DNA of 64,000 nt from Bianqueaceae bacterium (GCA_045642205.1 JAZUIK010000181.1:5306-69305), one strand, 5' to 3'. Counted from the stretch's first letter, positions 10,483-20,310 are shown. Notes: generated by a model from the sequence alone, not told the origin. Numbers and translations are program-made.

Positions 10483-10630
10483 TGTATCTTTTTTGTCTCC
10501 TTTTTAACTCCACAAACTCCTCGTTTCGCCAGCCTGTTCCGGCGAAATAACCTTACAAAAATACATCAAAAGACCCTGAAAGGCTTTTCGCCTCCTCGGG
10601 TCTTCTGTTTCATACATTCTGACATGTCTA

Positions 10631-11086
10631 TCAGATGTCGGCCTTATTCAGATTGTCGCTGATCCTCTCCATAAAATGATAAAGGGTTTCCTTCTCTTCG
10701 TCGGTAAATCCTTCCATCGCAAGGTCGTCAAAATACTGAAATTTTTCCTGTGATTCTTTTATTGTCTTGTTTCCCTTTTCGGTGAACTTAACAAAATTGA
10801 ATCGATTATCTTTTTCCGACATGATCTTTTCGATCATACCGAAGCCAGCAAGTTTTTTCAGATTCACTGCGATCGCCGCAGGTGTTACCTTTAATTCTCT
10901 GGAAATTTCTCTCTGACTGACCTGATTACCTTCATTCATACGCACCATTGTCATCAACAGTTTATGTTGACTTTGCTGCATCTTGTACTTTTTAATGAAG
11001 GTCTCAATGGCATTCTTATGTTTACTATCGGCCTCAACGAACTTGGCCATTACTTCCTGATTCGAATAGATTCTTTTCTCTGACAT
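10631..11086 (-). CDS. MarR family transcriptional regulator
   Basis: Winged-helix MarR pattern in a 151-aa protein located upstream of the ABC exporter pair. Confidence 0.85.
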   Translation of the reverse strand: MSEKRIYSNQEVMAKFVEADSKHKNAIETFIKKYKMQQSQHKLLMTMVRMNEGNQVSQREISRELKVTPAAIAVNLKKLAGFGMIEKIMSEKDNRFNFVKFTEKGNKTIKESQEKFQYFDDLAMEGFTDEEKETLYHFMERISDNLNKADI

Positions 11087-11193
11087 GCTCTATTCCTCCT
11101 GAACAACTGATTAATACATCATAATTCTTATACTACATTGTCGTCAATGTTAATAATTTATCGAAATATATTAATTAATTGTCCAGTTAGGAC

Positions 11194-11643
11194 TTACTTC
11201 AGTTCAAAGATAGCTTCGATCTCAACAGGCTGATTTCCGGGAAGAGAAACCATACCGACTGCAGAACGAGAAGGAGCCTCACCGAAAATGTCGATCAGAA
11301 CCTGGCTTCCACCGTTAGCAACCTTGGGCTGATCATAGAAATCTGCATCGGATCCTACGAAAACAAGGATCTTTACACACTTCTTAACGTTCTCCAGACC
11401 ACAGTTGGCATCCACAACGCTCAGCAGATTCAGAACAGCATTACGTGCACACTGCTGTCCCTGCTCGATGGTCAGTTCCTTACCAAGCTTACCGTGAACT
11501 GCATCACCTTCCAGATCGCTTCCGCAACCGGAAATATATACGAGCTTGTCGCCGAAGGGCATAGCCTGGGTGTAAAGACCGCCCTTTGCAGGAGCAGGAG
11601 GAAGAACGATGTTCTTTTCTTTCATAATTTCATAAATTCCCAT
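11194..11643 (-). CDS. RidA/YjgF-family protein
   Basis: Size and C-terminal PSRSAVGMVSLPGNQPVEIEAIFEL are typical of the endoribonuclease L-PSP/RidA fold. Confidence 0.75.
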   Translation of the reverse strand: MGIYEIMKEKNIVLPPAPAKGGLYTQAMPFGDKLVYISGCGSDLEGDAVHGKLGKELTIEQGQQCARNAVLNLLSVVDANCGLENVKKCVKILVFVGSDADFYDQPKVANGGSQVLIDIFGEAPSRSAVGMVSLPGNQPVEIEAIFELK

Positions 11644-11735
11644 GATAAATCTCCTTTCATGATCGTATGAGAAAATTGCTTTTTATATTTCAGGGTTCCT
11701 TCGTTTTTTTCGAAAGAGGTTCCTTCATAACAAGA

Positions 11736-12926
11736 TTAATTGAAGCAGGCCTTCAGAGCTTCTACCTTATCGGTATCCTCCCAGCGGACCTTCAGATCTT
11801 CACGACCCATATGTCCATATGCAGCCAACTGACGATAGATGGGCTTTCTCAGCTGCAGTTCTCTGATGATGGCTGCAGGGCGGAAATCGAAGACTTTTTC
11901 TACAGCCTTGACCAGCTCTTTTTCATCTACCGTGGATGTTCCAAAGGTATCCACCAGGATACTGACAGGCTTGGATACACCGATGGCATAAGCCAGCTGG
12001 ATCTCGCACTTTTTAGCAAGACCGGCAGCAACCACATTCTTAGCTGCATAACGAGCCGCATAGCAGGCACTTCTGTCTACCTTTGTCGGATCCTTTCCGG
12101 AGAAGCATCCGCCGCCATGACGTGCATATCCGCCGTAGGTATCGACAATGATCTTTCTTCCGGTCAATCCGCTGTCTCCCATAGGTCCACCGATAACAAA
12201 TCGTCCTGTAGGATTGATGAAGATCTTGGTATTCTCGTCCATCAGTTCAGCAGGAATGGTGGTACGGATAACCTTCTCTTCAATGTCTTTTCTCAAGGTT
12301 TCCATCTCTACAGCATCAGAATGCTGAGAAGAAACAACGACCGTATCGATACGAACAGGAACTCCATTTGCATATTCTACGGTTACCTGAGACTTTCCGT
12401 CCGGTCTGAGATAGGGAAGAGTGCCGTTCTTTCTGACTTCTGTTAGCTTTTTGGAAAGTTTATGAGAAAGAGAGATAGGAAGAGGCATCAATTCGGGAGT
12501 CTCATCGCAGGCATAACCAAACATCATACCCTGGTCTCCTGCTCCGAACAGATCTTCCTCATCCTGAGCACCTTCTTTATTCTCCATGGAATGATCGACA
12601 CCCAGAGCAATATCGGCAGACTGCTCATTGATCGCCGTCATAACCGCACAGGTATTGCAGTCAAATCCATAAGCATCATTATCATATCCTACTTCTCGAA
12701 TGACGTTTCTGGCAATCTTTGGAATATCCACGTAGCAGTTTGTGGTGATCTCACCGACGATCATGACCATGCCGGTGGTTGCCATTGTTTCAGCAGCAAC
12801 ACGTCCCATGGGATCGTTGGTCAGGATCTCATCAACAATGGCATCAGAAATCTGATCACAGATCTTATCGGGATGTCCTTCCGTGACGGACTCTGAAGTG
12901 AATAACGTACGCATTAATTCTGACAT
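11736..12926 (-). CDS. metK: S-adenosylmethionine synthetase
   Basis: [30 protein letters not shown] and [16 protein letters not shown] motifs. Confidence 0.95.
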   Translation of the reverse strand: MSELMRTLFTSESVTEGHPDKICDQISDAIVDEILTNDPMGRVAAETMATTGMVMIVGEITTNCYVDIPKIARNVIREVGYDNDAYGFDCNTCAVMTAINEQSADIALGVDHSMENKEGAQDEEDLFGAGDQGMMFGYACDETPELMPLPISLSHKLSKKLTEVRKNGTLPYLRPDGKSQVTVEYANGVPVRIDTVVVSSQHSDAVEMETLRKDIEEKVIRTTIPAELMDENTKIFINPTGRFVIGGPMGDSGLTGRKIIVDTYGGYARHGGGCFSGKDPTKVDRSACYAARYAAKNVVAAGLAKKCEIQLAYAIGVSKPVSILVDTFGTSTVDEKELVKAVEKVFDFRPAAIIRELQLRKPIYRQLAAYGHMGREDLKVRWEDTDKVEALKACFN

Positions 12927-12979
12927 ACTGTTTTCCTTTCAAGTATATATGGTTTCTTTGTGGCCTTCTTTAGCGGATA

Positions 12980-13561
12980 TCAGATATGATCGTTCAGTTC
13001 ATCCAACGTGACATTAAAGTCAGGAATAAACTCTTCCATAAATGCATCCACTACCGGAAGATGCATTTCTTCAATGGAATTTCTTAAGGCTTCTTCAGCC
13101 TTCAGAAACTCTTTGTTTCCGCTTCTTTTTTCTTCCAGACACTTAGTGTAAGCTGCGATCTTATCGGCTGCTTTTACCAGCATCTTTTCTTTTTGATCCT
13201 CAGGCTGTATCAGAGAACGGTATTCGTCCTTCAGATCCTCCGGGAGCATCTGGATCATTTTATCCTCTGCGATCTGCTCGATCTGTTTGTAAGCCTTTGT
13301 GATCTCTGCGTTAAAGTATTTGATGGGAGTTACCAGATCTCCGGTAATGACTTCACCGGTTTCATGGAATACAGCGATCGCCATGACATGTTCCGGATCC
13401 ACATTCCCTCCAAATCTTTTATTTTCCATCAAAGCCAGACAATGAGCGATCATTGCTACCTGCAGTGAATGCTCCTGGATATTTTCCTCACGAACAGAAG
13501 GCATCAATCCCCATCGTTTGATATGTTTCATTCTTGCGATATACGCAAAAAAACGACTCAT
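12980..13561 (-). CDS. HD-domain 5'-deoxynucleotidase, YfbR-like
   Basis: The N-terminus FFAYIARMKHIKRWGLMPSVREENIQEHSLQVAMIAHCLA aligns closely with E. coli YfbR. Its start overlaps the recF stop (ATGA). Confidence 0.85.
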   Translation of the reverse strand: MSRFFAYIARMKHIKRWGLMPSVREENIQEHSLQVAMIAHCLALMENKRFGGNVDPEHVMAIAVFHETGEVITGDLVTPIKYFNAEITKAYKQIEQIAEDKMIQMLPEDLKDEYRSLIQPEDQKEKMLVKAADKIAAYTKCLEEKRSGNKEFLKAEEALRNSIEEMHLPVVDAFMEEFIPDFNVTLDELNDHI

Positions 13562-14709
13562 GATGTTGTCTGCTCCTTTTCTTTGTTTTCCTCTATCTCT
13601 GCTTCTTCTTTTTGAGTTTCAGCATCAACGGTTCCTTCCTGTACATAAAAAAGACCGCTGACATTCAATGATCTGATACTGTCTTCCACACCGGTACAGG
13701 TAAGGATCGTCTGATTGTTTTCTATGTACGATGCCAGCTGTGTCTGTCTTTGCTTATCCAGTTCACTCATAACATCATCCAGAAGCAGCACCGGCGTATC
13801 TCCGGTCTCATCTTTCATCATTTTCAGTTCTGCCAGTTTTAAAGAGAGAGCAGAAGTTCTTTGCTGTCCCTGTGATCCATAGATCCTGACATCTTTTTCA
13901 TTCAGAAAGATAGCCATATCGTCATGTTGAGGACCATCTCCGGTGGTTCCCAATCTGAAATCTCTTTCAAAGTGTCTTTCCAGAACATCCATAAATGCAT
14001 TTTCATCCATGGGAGAATGGCATACATATTCGATGCGCATCTGTTCTGTCACTTTTGCCTCTTTGGTGATCTCTTTATGGATCACGGAAGTATAAGCCTC
14101 TAATCTTTTGATAAAAGCTTCTCTCTTCTTCATGACCCTGACACCATAGTAGGCAAGCTGCCTGTCCCAGGCAAACAAAGTATCTTTCACCATCTGAGGA
14201 TCATTACTGTTCTTCAGAAGCTGATTTCTCTGCCGAAGCACATGATAATATTGCTGCAGATCATGAAGATAGACCGCATCGACCTGGGAAAGCTCCATAT
14301 CGATGAATTTTCTTCGAAACTGCGGACCATTCTTGATCAGAGAAAGATCCTCCGGAGAAAAGACGACCACATGAAATCTTCCTATCAGTTCACTGATCTT
14401 TCTGACAGGATAGTCATTGATCCGGATCGTCTTTCTTCCGTTTTTTCTCAAGATGATCTCTATCTTTTCTTCTTTTCCTCTCACCTCGTAAACGATAGAA
14501 ACATAAGATTCTTCTTTTCCCTGAAGAATGCATTCCTTATCGTTGGTCGTTCGGTGAGATCTTCCGGTCGCACAGTAATATACTCCTTCCAGAAGATTCG
14601 TTTTTCCCTGGGCATTATCTCCGTAGAAGATATTGATACCATTCTTCATGTCCAGGAGAAGTTCGTCGTAATTTCTGAAATTGCGGAGCAGCAGCTGCTT
14701 CACATACAT
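13558..14709 (-). CDS. recF: DNA replication and repair protein RecF
   Basis: MYVKQLLLRNFRNY, Walker A GDNAQGKTNLLE, and LLLDDVMSELD. Confidence 0.95.
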   Translation of the reverse strand: MYVKQLLLRNFRNYDELLLDMKNGINIFYGDNAQGKTNLLEGVYYCATGRSHRTTNDKECILQGKEESYVSIVYEVRGKEEKIEIILRKNGRKTIRINDYPVRKISELIGRFHVVVFSPEDLSLIKNGPQFRRKFIDMELSQVDAVYLHDLQQYYHVLRQRNQLLKNSNDPQMVKDTLFAWDRQLAYYGVRVMKKREAFIKRLEAYTSVIHKEITKEAKVTEQMRIEYVCHSPMDENAFMDVLERHFERDFRLGTTGDGPQHDDMAIFLNEKDVRIYGSQGQQRTSALSLKLAELKMMKDETGDTPVLLLDDVMSELDKQRQTQLASYIENNQTILTCTGVEDSIRSLNVSGLFYVQEGTVDAETQKEEAEIEENKEKEQTTS

Positions 14710-14711
14710 AT

Positions 14712-14927
14712 TCAGTTATCCGTTTCTATCTGATAGATTGTTCCATCCACTTCCACCGTATCACCGGTGTAAAGTTTCTTTCTGATAACAGAAGTAACCT
14801 CTCCGTTGATCTTTACCAGACCTTCTTCGATCATACTTCTGGCATCTCCACCACTCATGGCGATATTTTCCAGTTTCAAAAACTGATTCAGCTGGATAAA
14901 TTCACCTCTTACTTTTACTTTTTCCAT
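14712..14927 (-). CDS. yaaA: S4-domain RNA-binding protein YaaA
   Basis: Small S4-like protein between dnaN and recF, as in other Firmicutes. ATG 14927 has an AAGGAG RBS; the ORF track starts at the GTG at 14933. Confidence 0.8.
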   Translation of the reverse strand: MEKVKVRGEFIQLNQFLKLENIAMSGGDARSMIEEGLVKINGEVTSVIRKKLYTGDTVEVDGTIYQIETDN

Positions 14928-14946
14928 ACCCACTCCTTTTCTACAC

Positions 14947-16056
14947 TTAGTTGTGCAGACGGATGGGAAGGATGAAGTACTGATAATCGTTTCCTTCGGC
15001 AGCCTGAATGATACAGGGAGTCAGAGAAGAAGAGAAGTTGATGGTGATATCTTCATCACTGATCGCCTTCAGAGCATCCATATAATACTTAGGATTGAAA
15101 GCGATGGTCAGAGGTTCACCCTCTGTCATATTGATCTCAACTTCCTCACGAGCCGTTCCGGTCTCTGCATTGGAGGTGATGACAATCTTATCTTTTTCTA
15201 CTTCCAGTCGGATGGGGCTGTTCTTGCTCTCACGGCTGATCAGAGCTGCACGGTCAACACTGTCAAGAAGATCCTTTTTCTTTACAGAGATCTTGGTCTT
15301 GAATTCCATTGCCAGATTTCTCTCATAGTTCAGGAAAGTTCCTTCCAGAAGTCTGGTCAGGACGATGGTATTGTTCATGATGAACATGGCATGCTTTCCG
15401 GTAAATACCATGGTTGCCAGGGATTCTTCTTCCGTCTCCAGGATCTTATTGATCTCACTGAGTGCCTTACCGGGAACAGTGACCTTAAATTCCTGAGTGC
15501 TGTTGACCTTGGTTCTCTTCATAGAGATACGGAAACCATCGACAGCAACGATGTAGAGGTAACCACCTCTGACATCAAAAAGTTCACCGGTCAGAACAGG
15601 ACGACCACTGTTTTCAGGTGCAATGGAGAAAATGGTGTTGCTGATCATATCACGCAGAACAGCCTGGTTGATGAGGATCTCCTGTTCCTTTTTGATCTCA
15701 GGAAGACGGGGAAAATCCTTACCGGACAGAGTACCGATCGTAAACTTGGATCTTGCACACTCGATGGTCATATGAGAATCGTCGGTAGTTTCGATCTTTA
15801 CATCTTCATCGGGAAGACGGCGGATGATCTCTCCGAACATACGGGCATTCACAGCAACGGAACCTTCATTTCTGACTACAGCTTCGATAGAAGTCTGGAT
15901 TCCCATTTCAAGATCATTTCCAAGAAGGGTCAGGGTGCTTCCTGCTCCTTCCAGAAGGATATCTTCCAGGATCGGCATCGTTGTACGAACAGAAACTGCC
16001 TTGGAAACGATACCTACAGCTTTCAGAAGGTCATTACGATTACAAACGATAAGCAT
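14947..16056 (-). CDS. dnaN: DNA polymerase III beta sliding clamp
   Basis: Three-domain clamp sequence ending in ILPIRL. ATG 16056 is preceded by AAGGAG. The track extension to 16104 runs into the origin spacer. Confidence 0.95.
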   Translation of the reverse strand: MLIVCNRNDLLKAVGIVSKAVSVRTTMPILEDILLEGAGSTLTLLGNDLEMGIQTSIEAVVRNEGSVAVNARMFGEIIRRLPDEDVKIETTDDSHMTIECARSKFTIGTLSGKDFPRLPEIKKEQEILINQAVLRDMISNTIFSIAPENSGRPVLTGELFDVRGGYLYIVAVDGFRISMKRTKVNSTQEFKVTVPGKALSEINKILETEEESLATMVFTGKHAMFIMNNTIVLTRLLEGTFLNYERNLAMEFKTKISVKKKDLLDSVDRAALISRESKNSPIRLEVEKDKIVITSNAETGTAREEVEINMTEGEPLTIAFNPKYYMDALKAISDEDITINFSSSLTPCIIQAAEGNDYQYFILPIRLHN

Positions 16057-16104
16057 GATGGACTCCTTTCGATGACAGGATGTGGCGATCGGATAATTGA
16101 TCAT

Positions 16105-16398
16105 CCATCCTTATATCTTTGATTGATTTAGTCTTCTTCTTAGTAGTGACGTGAAAAGTGTGGAAAACTCTTCTCATCATCGATAAACAGCGGATTGTAT
16201 GTGTTTAAAAGAAGGTGGAAAGGTCGTGGAAAAGAAGGGGTGTTATCCACGATATTCACACCGTGAAAAATGAGTGAAAATTTACTTCACAGATTTTGGT
16301 CTTTTCCACCCGGTTTTCACCTTTCATTCACACAATTATACACCTTAAAATGGTAGTTATCCCCCATTTCACCATGAAAATTGTGGATAAGTGGTGAA
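16105..16398. other. oriC, dnaA-dnaN spacer part (DnaA boxes)
   Basis: Perfect TGTGGATAA at 16382-16390. One-mismatch boxes TTATCCACG at 16243-16251 and TGTGGAAAA at 16159-16167. Several 2-mismatch boxes (GGTGGAAAG, CGTGGAAAA, TTTTCCACC, TTATCCCCC). Confidence 0.7.
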
Positions 16399-17745
16399 TT
16401 ATTCGCCGTTGATCCTCTTTTGCATGTCTTCAATGCTGCGTTTCAGTTCGTTTCCGGTGGGTCCTTTGAGATCCTCGGCGATCTTATTGCAGGCATGGAT
16501 GACGGTGGTATGATCTCTTCCTCCGAAATATCCACCGATGGCAGAGAGAGGTTCCTCTGTCAGTTGTCTGGAAAGATACATGGCGATCTGTCTGGGATAG
16601 GCGATCTCCTTGGGTTTTTTCTTGGAGCGGATATCTTCTTCCTTAATATTATATCGCTCACAGACAACATCGATGATCCGGGGGACAGTAACAGTCTTAA
16701 TGATACCACTTCCGATGTAATCCTTCAATGCTTCCTGAGCCAGAGAAATGTCGATCTCACGGTCCGGATAGAGGCGGGAGAAGCCGTTGACTCTGGTCAG
16801 AGCACCTTCCAGCTCACGAATGTTGGAGGAGATGTTGTTGGCAATATAACTGAGGACAGGAATATCGACGGAAATATTGTTCATCTCGGCCTTCTTCTGA
16901 AGGATCGCGACACGGGTCTCATAGTCAGGTGCCTTGATGTCTGCTACCATTCCGGATTTAAAACGGCTGCGGATCCTTTCTTCCAGAAGTTGGATCTCCT
17001 CCGGAGGACGATCTCCGGAAATGACGATCTGCTTGTTGCCATCATACAGAGCATTGAAAGTATGGAAGAATTCCAGCTGGGTACTTTCCTTACCACCAAT
17101 GAACTGGATATCGTCGATCAGAAGGACATCGATCAGACGATATTTTCTTCTGAATTCTTCAGTAGTACCTTTGGCAATGGCGGCAATGATCTCATTGGTA
17201 AAGGTCTCAGAGGTAACATAGAGAACTTTCTTGGTAGGATCCTCTGTCAGTACCTTATGAGCGATGGATTGCATCAGATGAGTTTTACCAAGTCCCGGAG
17301 ATCCCCAGATAAACAAGGGATTGTACATCTGTCCGGGCATTTCTGAAACAGCCATGGCTGATGCAAAGGCCAGCTGATTATTATTTCCCTTGATGAAGTT
17401 CTCAAAGGTATATTTGGGATTTAATCCGGCAGCCAGTGCTAAGTCATTGATCATGACCTGCTGCTGGAGATTCGCGGACTCTTCTTTACTGTATTTTCCC
17501 TTTTGATAGATCTTGAAGGAAAGGGGAAGTCCCAATTCTTCAAAATACTGGGAAAAGTGCTGAGCATAACGGTTTTCGATAATGTTGATAGCCATGGGTT
17601 CATTGGTTTCCAGGATCAACATGCGATCGTTTTCAATGGTGATGGGACTCAGACCCGAAAACCAGGTGTCAAAGCTGAGGGGAGAGACCCTCTGCTTTAA
17701 GAGTACCATCAGATCATCAAAAACCTGACGGGCATCCATTGCCAT
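16399..17745 (-). CDS. dnaA: chromosomal replication initiator DnaA
   Basis: AAA+ Walker A GSPGLGKTHL, LLIDDIQF, and C-terminal DNA-binding domain GGRDHTTVIHACNKI. AGGAGG RBS. Confidence 0.97.
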   Translation of the reverse strand: MAMDARQVFDDLMVLLKQRVSPLSFDTWFSGLSPITIENDRMLILETNEPMAINIIENRYAQHFSQYFEELGLPLSFKIYQKGKYSKEESANLQQQVMINDLALAAGLNPKYTFENFIKGNNNQLAFASAMAVSEMPGQMYNPLFIWGSPGLGKTHLMQSIAHKVLTEDPTKKVLYVTSETFTNEIIAAIAKGTTEEFRRKYRLIDVLLIDDIQFIGGKESTQLEFFHTFNALYDGNKQIVISGDRPPEEIQLLEERIRSRFKSGMVADIKAPDYETRVAILQKKAEMNNISVDIPVLSYIANNISSNIRELEGALTRVNGFSRLYPDREIDISLAQEALKDYIGSGIIKTVTVPRIIDVVCERYNIKEEDIRSKKKPKEIAYPRQIAMYLSRQLTEEPLSAIGGYFGGRDHTTVIHACNKIAEDLKGPTGNELKRSIEDMQKRINGE

Positions 17746-18197
17746 ATGTGTTCCTCCTATATAGGGATCGAAAGAGAAAAGTTCTTATATAATAAGGAAG
17801 AAACTTTTTATCCTTTCGATACGCTGTTATGGCCATTTTTCTGTTATTCGCAGAAAACGGCACAATAATTCATCATAAGTAAATGAAATCATATCAAAAT
17901 CAAAAAAAGGTTTCAATATGGATTTCATAGGGAAAAAAGGGAGTGTGGACAATGTGGATAACTGTTATTTTTTCATAAACAGTAAATAAGTTAAGGAAGG
18001 ACCCTTATAAAGTGGCATAAAGTCAATAAAACGACTTTTTAAGGGATAACAGATCATCTAGTTATTCACATAGTTATACCCAAAGTGTGGATAACCTGTT
18101 CATAAAAATGTGGATAACCTGGTTTTTCATAGCATAGAGAAAAGGAAAAAATCCTTATTTTATGCCCCCTCCGAGGGGATAATCTGAAAAAAACTGC
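17746..18197. other. oriC, dnaA-upstream part (DnaA-box cluster plus AT-rich tract)
   Basis: Perfect TGTGGATAA at 17953-17961, 18086-18094 and 18109-18117. One-mismatch boxes at 17944-17952 (TGTGGACAA) and 18062-18070 (TTATTCACA). AT-rich stretch at about 17860-17940. Confidence 0.8.
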
Positions 18198-18226
18198 TTG
18201 ACGTTGTCTTCGGTTTTTCATATAAT
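18198..18226 (+). promoter_or_regulatory. rpmH promoter TTGACG-17-TATAAT
   Basis: TTGACG at 18198-18203, a 17-nt spacer, then TATAAT at 18221-18226, 37 nt before the rpmH ATG. Confidence 0.6.
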
Positions 18227-18262
18227 ACCATGGTGTGCTCGAAATAAAGGAGGTGTCCAACT

Positions 18263-18397
18263 ATGGTAACAACATATCGTCCGAAGACCAAGCAGCGCAA
18301 GAGAGAGCATGGCTTCAGAAAAAGAATGGCGACTGCAAATGGTCGTAAAGTTCTTTCCAGAAGAAGAAGAAAGGGCAGAAAGGTTCTTACTGCCTAA
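18263..18397 (+). CDS. rpmH: 50S ribosomal protein L34
   Basis: My translation is [44 protein letters not shown], with a GGAGG RBS. It is absent from the ORF track because it is under 60 aa. Confidence 0.95.
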   Translation: MVTTYRPKTKQRKREHGFRKRMATANGRKVLSRRRRKGRKVLTA

Positions 18398-18417
18398 TTT
18401 TTCATACTTTGATTTAG

Positions 18418-18474
18418 TTTGAACCGGCGGCAGATCCAGATGTCTGATGGCCGGTTCAAATTTTATCTGAAAAA
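18418..18474 (+). terminator. hairpin plus T-run between rpmH and rnpA (partial terminator/attenuator)
   Basis: TTTGAACCGGC (18418-18428) pairs with GCCGGTTCAAA (18460-18470), followed by TTTT. rnpA starts 8 nt later. Confidence 0.5.
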
Positions 18475-18481
18475 CTTTTGA

Positions 18482-18814
18482 ATGGAAAGCTTAAAAAAGC
18501 AGCAATTCGCGCAAGTTTACAAAGAAGGAAAGTCCCGCGCGGACGCCCTGATCGTTATGTATGTTCTGGAAAACGATCAGCCCAATAACCGATTGGGAAT
18601 CACTGTATCAAAAAAAGTCGGAAACAGTGTAGTGCGTCACAGAGTCAAGAGGATCATCAAAGAGGCTTATCGTCTGCATGAAGATGAATTCAAGACCGGT
18701 AGGGATATCGTCGTTATTGCCCGTCGTCCCGCGATCACGAAAAAGAGCACAGACATGGAAATGTCACTGCGGAGACTGGCAAAGGGATTAAAGATCTTAG
18801 AGATGCAGAAATGA
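18482..18814 (+). CDS. rnpA: ribonuclease P protein component
   Basis: [28 protein letters not shown] motif, positioned after rpmH. Confidence 0.9.
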   Translation: MESLKKQQFAQVYKEGKSRADALIVMYVLENDQPNNRLGITVSKKVGNSVVRHRVKRIIKEAYRLHEDEFKTGRDIVVIARRPAITKKSTDMEMSLRRLAKGLKILEMQK

Positions 18815-19020
18815 AAAAAGCACTGCTCTATCTGATCCATTTTTATCAGAAACGGATATCACCGCTGAAGCGGCCATGTTGTCGTTTTTATCCATCCTGT
18901 TCTCAGTACGCCTTTGAGGCTGTATCGAAATATGGTGCGAAAAAAGGAACAAAACTGGCTGTGAAGCGGCTTTTGCGTTGTCATCCTTTTCATCCGGGAG
19001 GATATGATCCGGTTCCGTGA
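18811..19020 (+). CDS. yidD: membrane protein insertion efficiency factor YidD
   Basis: [23 protein letters not shown] motif and an ATGA overlap with rnpA. Confidence 0.9.
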   Translation: MKKALLYLIHFYQKRISPLKRPCCRFYPSCSQYAFEAVSKYGAKKGTKLAVKRLLRCHPFHPGGYDPVP

Positions 19021-19065
19021 TCATAAAAATGACAAGGCTCTATTTACAGAGAGGAAATGTTTAGT

Positions 19066-20310
19066 ATGACGAAAACCGCACTGGCGGCTACAACCAATTG
19101 GTTGCTGAAGCCGTTTGCTCTCTTACTTGGCCTGATTTTCTCCGGTCTGTTCGCTATGCTTAGCGGATCTACCGATGTACAGGCATTGGGTATCACCATT
19201 ATCCTGTTTACTTTTATCACCAGACTTCTGATGGCTCCTTTGATGTTCAATCAGCAGCGTTCTTCTCGCCGCATGACTCGTCTGCAGCCGAAGATCCAGA
19301 AAATCCAGGATAAGTACAAAGGTAAAACTGATCCTGAGTCTAACCAGCGCATGCAGCAGGAGATTCAGGCAATCTATAAGGAAAACAAAGCAAATCCCAT
19401 GTCTGGCTGTCTGCCTCTTCTGATCCAGATGCCGATCATCTTTGCTCTGTTCGAAGTTCTGAGAAACGTTCCCTTCTATGTGAATACTCTCGGTGATCTC
19501 TATAGAGAAATGGCGACCACCGTTCAGGGTGTCAGTGGAAGCACTGCCTATATCACAGAGAATTTTGCTACTGTGATCAAGGGAATCAGAAACTTTGATG
19601 CTGCAAATGTAGAATCCATGATGGATCTTTTGTATCATCTGACCTCTAACCAGTGGACAGAGTTGATGACAAAGCTGAATCTGTCCGGAAATACTGCATT
19701 TGTTGCTGCATATGAGAGTGTTACCCGCATCAATACGTTTGGTGCCGGTGTTCTGACATTCAATCTGTGCGAAAATCCCGGCTTCAGAGGTTGGAATATG
19801 GTCATTCCTATCGTTGCCGGTGTTACCACCTTCCTGCAGAGTTTCATTACAACGCAGGCAAATGAGAAGCGCCAGAAGATGGCAAGCCCTGATGGTATTG
19901 CAGATCAGACACAGAAGTCCATGAAGATGATGAATTATTTCTTCCCCTTCATGACCGCTTACTTTGCTGTGAACATGCCTGCCGGTCTTGGTCTTTACTG
20001 GATCGTTTCCAACATCTTCGGTATCATCTCTCAGCTGATCAGCGATGCTATCCTGGATAAGGAAGAGTACAAGGAAGCTGTTAAGAGAAGAGATGAGCTC
20101 ATTGCTAAGAGAGAAGCAGCTATGAATGACAAGTCTCGTCTGGATAAGTCCACCGGAGGCCGTCTTGGTGCTGCGTCCAATGCACAGAGCAAGGCATCTC
20201 TTGCCGGCGGAAGAAAGGTGCAGCAGCCTAAAGCAGAGACAAAACCTGTGATCGAGGCAGAAGCTGTTGAAGTGAAGGAAGAGAAAGTGGAGGAGGACTC
20301 CGAAGAATGA
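19066..20310 (+). CDS. yidC: YidC/Oxa1 family membrane insertase
   Basis: 60-kDa-insertase core (MQPKIQKIQDKYK, NPMSGCLPLLIQMPIIFALF, GLGLYWIVSN). ATG 19066 has better RBS spacing than 19057. Confidence 0.9.
   Translation: MTKTALAATTNWLLKPFALLLGLIFSGLFAMLSGSTDVQALGITIILFTFITRLLMAPLMFNQQRSSRRMTRLQPKIQKIQDKYKGKTDPESNQRMQQEIQAIYKENKANPMSGCLPLLIQMPIIFALFEVLRNVPFYVNTLGDLYREMATTVQGVSGSTAYITENFATVIKGIRNFDAANVESMMDLLYHLTSNQWTELMTKLNLSGNTAFVAAYESVTRINTFGAGVLTFNLCENPGFRGWNMVIPIVAGVTTFLQSFITTQANEKRQKMASPDGIADQTQKSMKMMNYFFPFMTAYFAVNMPAGLGLYWIVSNIFGIISQLISDAILDKEEYKEAVKRRDELIAKREAAMNDKSRLDKSTGGRLGAASNAQSKASLAGGRKVQQPKAETKPVIEAEAVEVKEEKVEEDSEE

Noticed and set aside
18066-18260. 64-aa minus-strand ORF in the dnaA-rpmH spacer.
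   Set aside because: It lies across DnaA boxes and the rpmH promoter. It has no RBS and no similarity to anything I recognise.
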